Part shown: positions 58,254 through 64,000 of the stretch, piece by piece
Numbering within the stretch: the first letter of the stretch is position 1
Layout of the letters: the number at the start of each line of letters is the position of its first letter
Source of the DNA: Gemmatimonadota bacterium
GTDB lineage: Bacteria; Gemmatimonadota; Gemmatimonadetes; Gemmatimonadales; GWC2-71-9
Assembly: GCA_039586365.1 (NCBI GenBank)
Contig: JBDHKN010000042.1
Span: 1-64,000 of the forward strand
Length of the DNA stretch: 64,000 bases
Reading direction: 5' to 3'
Position numbers and translations under genes: made by a program
The notes under the pieces: generated by a model
What the model was told of the DNA's origin: nothing
The model's database searches: none
The model's input: only the letters and a program-made list of their open reading frames with translations

Positions 58254-59852
58254 ATGCGCAAGATACTCCTATTTCTGATTGCCTTGGCGGCCGGCTTCGC
58301 AGCCCCAAGCAAGCGAGCGGCAGCTCAGCAGGTGCAGGGTCAGGTGGTGGACAGTGTCACGGGACAAGCACTGCTTGGCGCGGCCGTATTCCTGCTGGAC
58401 CTGGACGGTTCCATTGTAGCGACCACCCTGACGGACTCGGATGGCGTCTTTCTGTTGCTGGGGCCCGGGCCCGACAGCTACAGCCTGCGGGTGGAGCACG
58501 AGGGCTACCGCACGTCATTGTTCCCACAGTTCGAGTTGCCTGCCGACCAATCGGCCTCATACAGACTGCGACTTCCGAGACAACTTGCCCCAGCAATACG
58601 CGTAGCGGACGAATCCCTCCTAGCTATGATCCCGGTCGCATGTCCCAATACGTCACCGGAGGAACCTGTCGTTCTGGGGTGGGTGCATCGATCGAAAACC
58701 CGAGCACCGATTCCCGATGCTGCCGTCCTCGTTTCTTGGAGTCATGTGCCAGACGCACTGAGGGGAACCGTGGACGTCGGGTATTTCGAGGGCATCACGA
58801 CCACCGACTCTGCTGGCTTCTACGCGATCTGCGGCGCACCCACTGGCTCGAGGATAGCGATTCATGCGGTAACCGACCAAGGACTGAGCGGTTTCCATCA
58901 ACTGCGGTTCGTTGGCAGCGGCGTAGTCACCGACGATCAGGTCTATTTGACGTCCGGCCCGGTATGGCGGCAGGACCTCATGATCCTCGAGTTGGATCAG
59001 CGCTCAACAAATCTGGTCGGTGTTGTCACCGACAGCGTGACCGGAGAACCTTTACCGGATGCCGAGGTTGAGGTGGTCGGAACTCCGCTGTTCGCCGTTA
59101 CAGACGGCACTGGCCACTTCCGGCTAGAAGCCCTCTCATTCGGTCCCGTCCGTCTTAGGGTACGGCATGTGGGCAACCTGCCACTCGAGCACGCAGTCAC
59201 TCTACCGGAAACGGGCACGCTTGAGATCCCGCGAGAGGCTCTGGTTTTGCCCCGAGTTCCCACTGAGTTGGAACCCGTGGTTGTCGAAGCCGTTCCCGGC
59301 CGTAGTCCCTTCGCCGAGTTCGAAGCCCGCAGGGAAAGAGGAGCCGGAAGCTTCATCACTCGGGAAGAATTCATGGCTCGAGGTGATCCCGCGCGCGTCA
59401 CCGATGTCCTTCGCGGCATGCCTGGGATCGAACTGAAGCGGGGACCGGATCTCAGTCGTCCTTGGATCGTCTCGTTGAGGCGCGGTGGGCCCCGGACTTT
59501 CGGCAATGCGGTAGGCGGGACACCGGGCAGCAGCGATGGTTGCTGGCCGCTATTCTACCTGGATCGTCACTACATCGGCAACGCCGGTGAGACCGACGTC
59601 GATATGGCAGTGTCGTTACCGGAGGTCGAAGCGATCGAAGTATACGGAGGTGCTGCCTCCATCCCCCACGATTTCAACCGTATCGGGGCACAGTGTGGTG
59701 TGATTGCATTCTGGACACGGCAGGCTGAGCCCCGGACCGTACCGGTCGAGGGTGGCGGTGGAATCTTGAGTTCGCCGTATCTTCACTTTGGTTTCGCCGC
59801 GGTAGCGGTGGTGGCGATCTTTCTTGGCCTCGGGCACGCCATTCACTTCTAA
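58254..59852 (+). CDS. Carboxypeptidase-regulatory-like domains plus plug-like domain and C-terminal TM segment
   Basis: Signal peptide MRKILLFLIALAAG; AIEVYGG..CGVIAFWTR followed by a hydrophobic tail. Confidence 0.85.
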   Translation: MRKILLFLIALAAGFAAPSKRAAAQQVQGQVVDSVTGQALLGAAVFLLDLDGSIVATTLTDSDGVFLLLGPGPDSYSLRVEHEGYRTSLFPQFELPADQSASYRLRLPRQLAPAIRVADESLLAMIPVACPNTSPEEPVVLGWVHRSKTRAPIPDAAVLVSWSHVPDALRGTVDVGYFEGITTTDSAGFYAICGAPTGSRIAIHAVTDQGLSGFHQLRFVGSGVVTDDQVYLTSGPVWRQDLMILELDQRSTNLVGVVTDSVTGEPLPDAEVEVVGTPLFAVTDGTGHFRLEALSFGPVRLRVRHVGNLPLEHAVTLPETGTLEIPREALVLPRVPTELEPVVVEAVPGRSPFAEFEARRERGAGSFITREEFMARGDPARVTDVLRGMPGIELKRGPDLSRPWIVSLRRGGPRTFGNAVGGTPGSSDGCWPLFYLDRHYIGNAGETDVDMAVSLPEVEAIEVYGGAASIPHDFNRIGAQCGVIAFWTRQAEPRTVPVEGGGGILSSPYLHFGFAAVAVVAIFLGLGHAIHF

Positions 59853-59988
59853 GGCAACACCGCCCGGGGAGCGAAAACCGCTGTAGCCTCGATCGAACAG
59901 CACGCCGGTCCAACCATTGATCGGTGAGGATGCCCCCACATTGCCACCTCAGGACAACGCGGGGGCGGACTGCTGGTTTGGTAATGCC

Positions 59989-61500
59989 CTACCGCGTCCA
60001 GAAGACAATCACCCCACATACTGCACCGACGCGATTGAACTCTTGCGGCACGGCCACCGCACTCGAATAGACCTCTACGGCCTCGATGGCGTAGGCCGAT
60101 ATTTCCCGGTTGACGTCCACCGTGCCTGTAGTCCCAACGTAGGACCTGTCGACGAACACGAGCGGGTAGCACGGATTTGTGTCAAAGTCCCTCAACCCGC
60201 CCCGCATGGAACCCCGCCTGGTCGTGATGATCCACTCGAGGGCACTCGTGCCGCGGCGAATGTACATGCCTGGCGCACGCCGCAGGATGTCTATCACCTC
60301 GTCCACAACCCCCTGCTGCTCGAACTCTTCCCGTGTAACGAAGTAGCCACTGGTCGTCTCCCTTCTTCGTTCGAATTCGGGCAGGCTGCGGCGCGCCTCA
60401 CTCACCTCGGCTTCGACCGCGACCGGATCCAAGACTGTTGGCGCCCCGCCCAGCTGGAACGGTGGAAGACTGATCGTTTCACCCTCATTCAGTTGTACGT
60501 CGAAACGCACCGGCTCGTAGCCAAGGCGCTGCGCAAAAACCCGCATATCGCCCGGTGGCAGTCCCGCCAGCCGAAATGCGCCGGTGACGTTCGTTCGGGT
60601 ACTGAACGGAGTACCTGCAATAGACACAACTGCGTTTGAGATCGATGTGCCACCCGAATCCATGACGGTCCCTATGATCGCAGCCGTCCGCATCGTCACA
60701 GGTCTCAATTCGAAATCCTGGCGCCAGGCGCGGCCGGGCATCTCTTTAAACCCACCCCCCGTATACACGCCACTGAACACCCCCCCCCACTCGAAGGTCA
60801 GACTGACCACCTCGCTGATTCGGTTTCCCTCGACAGCGTAGGCGGCTATCCGACTGTCCACCGGGAGTCCACAGATGCCGTACAACCCACCGTCGCCGGA
60901 GATAGCCCAACCTTCAGTGTCATCCAAGTCGACCCGCTCCCTAAGCATGCCAGATACCGCAGGCCAGGAAATTCGGATTTCGGCGTCGACCACAGGTTCT
61001 TGCGTCATCGCATCGCGAACCAATCCCAAGACCACCGGAAGGTTGGCCGGAGTGTCTTCAGGACACACTTGAGCAGCAACCGCATCAGGATCCCAATCGT
61101 CAAACATCGGCGTCAGGCCCACTGATGGTTGTGGTTCGATCGACGGTACCAGTAGCATATAGGTCGCGAGTTGGTCCGTCGCCAGCTGGAACGGCGGGAA
61201 CTCGGAGAGCCGATAGCCCTCCGCCTCCGCTCGGAGATGGAATTGACCCACGGCGCCGGCTTGGATCAGAAAGAGCCCTTCAGGGTTCGTCCGGGTCCGA
61301 CCCACCTCCGATCCATCGGCCGAGATGAGCGTCACCGTCCCACCGTCGATTGGCACCAGGGTGATGCTGTCGACGACCTGGCCCCGAACGACCTGGGCCT
61401 GGAGATAAGCGATGCCAGAAACGGTCAGAAGAAGTACGCTTCCAATGACCCGGCTCAAGAAGCGAGTAGTGTTGACCGGACGGAGGATCGAGCCTGACAT
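59989..61500 (-). CDS. Carboxypeptidase-regulatory-like domains plus C-terminal plug-like domain, no barrel
   Basis: SD AAGGA; QVVRGQVVDS; ends AVEVYSS..CGVIVFWTR*. Confidence 0.87.
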   Translation of the reverse strand: MSGSILRPVNTTRFLSRVIGSVLLLTVSGIAYLQAQVVRGQVVDSITLVPIDGGTVTLISADGSEVGRTRTNPEGLFLIQAGAVGQFHLRAEAEGYRLSEFPPFQLATDQLATYMLLVPSIEPQPSVGLTPMFDDWDPDAVAAQVCPEDTPANLPVVLGLVRDAMTQEPVVDAEIRISWPAVSGMLRERVDLDDTEGWAISGDGGLYGICGLPVDSRIAAYAVEGNRISEVVSLTFEWGGVFSGVYTGGGFKEMPGRAWRQDFELRPVTMRTAAIIGTVMDSGGTSISNAVVSIAGTPFSTRTNVTGAFRLAGLPPGDMRVFAQRLGYEPVRFDVQLNEGETISLPPFQLGGAPTVLDPVAVEAEVSEARRSLPEFERRRETTSGYFVTREEFEQQGVVDEVIDILRRAPGMYIRRGTSALEWIITTRRGSMRGGLRDFDTNPCYPLVFVDRSYVGTTGTVDVNREISAYAIEAVEVYSSAVAVPQEFNRVGAVCGVIVFWTR

Positions 61501-61588
61501 ATTGTTTCCTTGTTGCCAATCCCCTCAGAAAGGGTACGTGGATGAAGATCGTGACGGCCCAGACGCCACCAACCCGGCTATGGCTGGC

Positions 61589-61984
61589 CTACCCATCCCT
61601 CAGCCTCGCCAGGTGACTGGCTCTCGCAGCTATGATCAAGCGCAGGTTGTCGTCGACTCCAGGATAGACAACTTGCTTCTCGCTCACTATCAACCCGCCT
61701 CCGGTGAAGTCTATGACCATTTGGAGCTCGTTTTGATACCAGCGAAATTTGAATGTCTCCGTGGTCTTTCCGGTTACCCTACCCAACCGAAGTCGCTGCC
61801 CGTTATTGAACGCGTAGATCGTGGCGTCGCTGAAGTTCTGGTTCTCGACTTCGACGGTCAAGCCGGCTGGGTCGAGTTCTGGCTGTGGTGCCGGTGACGG
61901 ACCGCTCGTACCCACGCACGCCTCGATTGACAGCATCAGGAAGGCCATCGACGCTATTGTAATCGAGCGAATCATCCCAGTCAT
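61589..61984 (-). CDS. Hypothetical lipoprotein
   Basis: Lipobox-like IEAC; VEVENQNFSDATIY..RLGRVTG beta-rich domain. Confidence 0.72.
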   Translation of the reverse strand: MTGMIRSITIASMAFLMLSIEACVGTSGPSPAPQPELDPAGLTVEVENQNFSDATIYAFNNGQRLRLGRVTGKTTETFKFRWYQNELQMVIDFTGGGLIVSEKQVVYPGVDDNLRLIIAARASHLARLRDG

Positions 61985-62277
61985 CTGAATCAACCTAGTC
62001 CTCCCGATCAGGCTGTACAGACCCCATCTCACATTGCCACGCTGGATCCGAACTGACAAGAGATCACCAAGAAGGCTACTATGAAGTTTAACCGCTGTGA
62101 GTAGTCAGTGTTCCATTCGCCAGCTCTGGAAGTCCGGCAGTTCATGCCCCCCGCTGGTGATATCACGGGGAACCGGCCACTCTTGGGTGGGTTCTAATAT
62201 CCGGGGTCGGAGTGCATGTTTCCCTCAAAATGGGCGTCGCCACGCGACGCGCGAAGCCACATGTGAGGTGCGCCACA

Positions 62278-62727
62278 ATGAATACTGGAGTGTCGAAGAA
62301 ATGCGCCCTGTACGTCGCTCTATTGGCCGGATCGGTCGTCGCCTGTTCGACTGAGCCTGGAGGAGACGTATCCGGTTCCTGGGACCTCGTTGAGAGCATG
62401 AGTTCGCAGACAGGGATTGCCTGCGAAATGACGGGGGAGTTCTTGCTGTCCCAGGCTTCCAACGGGCCGAGTTTTGACGGACTACGAGTGCGGACCGCTA
62501 CATGCACCAACGCCCCGGACGGCTTTGAACTCCGGACGAGCGGTGCTGACAACGTCTTGCACGGCCGGGTCGAAGGGCTGACGGTGACGTTCAACGTCGA
62601 TTTCTGCGACTACGAGGGTACGCTTGCTGAACCCGTAATGAGCGGCACAATGGAATGTGATGAAGACCCGGACCTGTCCGGCCAGTCCGTGTTGTTCACG
62701 GGCACCTGGCAGGCCACCAGGAAGTGA
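62278..62727 (+). CDS. Hypothetical lipoprotein
   Basis: Lipobox VVAC; DVSGSW..FTGTWQATR beta-rich pattern with several Cys. Confidence 0.75.
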   Translation: MNTGVSKKCALYVALLAGSVVACSTEPGGDVSGSWDLVESMSSQTGIACEMTGEFLLSQASNGPSFDGLRVRTATCTNAPDGFELRTSGADNVLHGRVEGLTVTFNVDFCDYEGTLAEPVMSGTMECDEDPDLSGQSVLFTGTWQATRK

Positions 62728-62790
62728 AGCAACACCGCATACAGACGAGTGGCGTTTCTGCTTCATGATGCTACTGCCTATGCAGGAGGG

Positions 62791-63999
62791 ATGAGCATGA
62801 CCATCTCACGCCGGGTGTTCTGCGGCACCGCCGTTGCACTGGTGGCGCCCAGGACGGCTTTCAGAGCCCCGCCCCCACCAGCAGCTATTCCAGGCGATCG
62901 CTTTGACCCCTGGGTCGAGGTCGATCCCAAGCTGCTCGGCCACAACATCGGGGAGGTGAGTAGACTCACCAACGGTCACCCAATTCTCGCCGTGGTCAAG
63001 AACAACGCATACGGGCTCGAATTGCCGCTGACCGCGCACCTGCTGGAACCACATCCGGAGATCGCGGGCTTCGCCGTAGTCAAAGCCGAGGCAGCTGTCG
63101 CTTTGAGAGACGCGGGCATCCGAAAACCGATTCTCTTGATGGTGATCGCGGCGGATGAGGAGGGGCATGAGTTAATCGCCCGCAAGGTCGAGCTGAGCCT
63201 CTACACCGATGACGCAGCACGGCGCGTGACTGCTCTGCGCAGCAGGGCCGCTGCCCCAATCGATGTACAGCTATATCTCGATACCGGCATGGGTCGGATG
63301 GGGATGCCATACCACCGGGCGCTACCCTGGGCCCATGAGCTGACAACCCGCGGCGACGTCCGTGTTCGGGGGACGTTCATGGCGTTCACCGAGGAGGCTG
63401 ACTTTGACGTGGAGCAGCTCCGGCGCTTCCTCGAGCTGGCTCAGACTGCCAAAGAGCAGGGCATGTCTTTGGGACCACTTCATGCGGCAGCCTCCAACGG
63501 GGTGTTCCATTTGCCGACGTCGCACCTCGACCTCGTTCGTCCCGGCATCGCGTTATACGGCGGCTATCCCAGTCGCCCGGACGAGGAACGACAGAAGGCG
63601 GAACTGGTTGCCGCGTTCCGGCTGCGGGCCCGGGTGGTTCGCGTCGAGCGGTTGCGGACGGGCGACGGAGTCAGCTATGGGCGGAACTACGTGGCGGAAA
63701 GACCCACCTGGATCGCAACGCTGCCGGCTGGCCACAGTGACGGCTACTCTCGCAGGGCAGTCGATGGGGCGCGCGTGTTGATCAACGATCGGCTCTATCC
63801 CGCGATCGGCGCGGTGAGTGCGAGCCACACGATCGTAGAGCTGGGCGACGAGCCCTCGGTCAAGGTGGGCGATGTGGCCACATTCGTGGGACCTGACCAT
63901 CCAGCCATACATCCCAACGCCGTAGCCGAAGCGATGGGGATCTCGGTGTACGATGTTCTGATGCACCTCAGTCCGTCGTTGCCTCGGGTGGTGGTGTAG
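62791..63999 (+). CDS. alr: Alanine racemase family PLP enzyme with Tat-like leader
   Basis: AVVKNNAYG (PLP Lys), DTGMGRMG, VRPGIALYG and GVSYG (catalytic Tyr) motifs; leader ISRRVFCG. Confidence 0.9.
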   Translation: MSMTISRRVFCGTAVALVAPRTAFRAPPPPAAIPGDRFDPWVEVDPKLLGHNIGEVSRLTNGHPILAVVKNNAYGLELPLTAHLLEPHPEIAGFAVVKAEAAVALRDAGIRKPILLMVIAADEEGHELIARKVELSLYTDDAARRVTALRSRAAAPIDVQLYLDTGMGRMGMPYHRALPWAHELTTRGDVRVRGTFMAFTEEADFDVEQLRRFLELAQTAKEQGMSLGPLHAAASNGVFHLPTSHLDLVRPGIALYGGYPSRPDEERQKAELVAAFRLRARVVRVERLRTGDGVSYGRNYVAERPTWIATLPAGHSDGYSRRAVDGARVLINDRLYPAIGAVSASHTIVELGDEPSVKVGDVATFVGPDHPAIHPNAVAEAMGISVYDVLMHLSPSLPRVVV

Positions 64000-64000
64000 G

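Overview
GC-rich bacterial chromosomal window. Its gene content suggests Gemmatimonadota (inference): a PadR/ADOP permease pair, a Ser/Thr kinase with a long helical tail, DUF5916 proteins, SusC/SusD and many secreted peptidases. It holds about 47 CDSs, two tandem tRNA-Glu genes, and no integrase, transposase, reverse transcriptase or CRISPR array. The dominant theme is extracytoplasmic peptide and amino-acid scavenging. The most unusual signal is a family of dispersed 7-bp NRRGAGC tandem arrays. They occur as inverted pairs between convergent genes, in short 'empty' forms and in one 'filled' form where two symmetric 8-unit arms enclose a four-helix-bundle (23S-IVP/Avd-like) gene. Other notable items: three barrel-less TonB-plug proteins around the SusC/SusD/dipeptidyl-peptidase locus, a 158-nt structured RNA candidate beside two further repeat arrays, a 10-bp intergenic repeat family, an atypical two-component cluster, two Tat-signal PLP enzymes and four frameshifted genes. 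All functional calls come from recognising motifs by eye; no searches were run.
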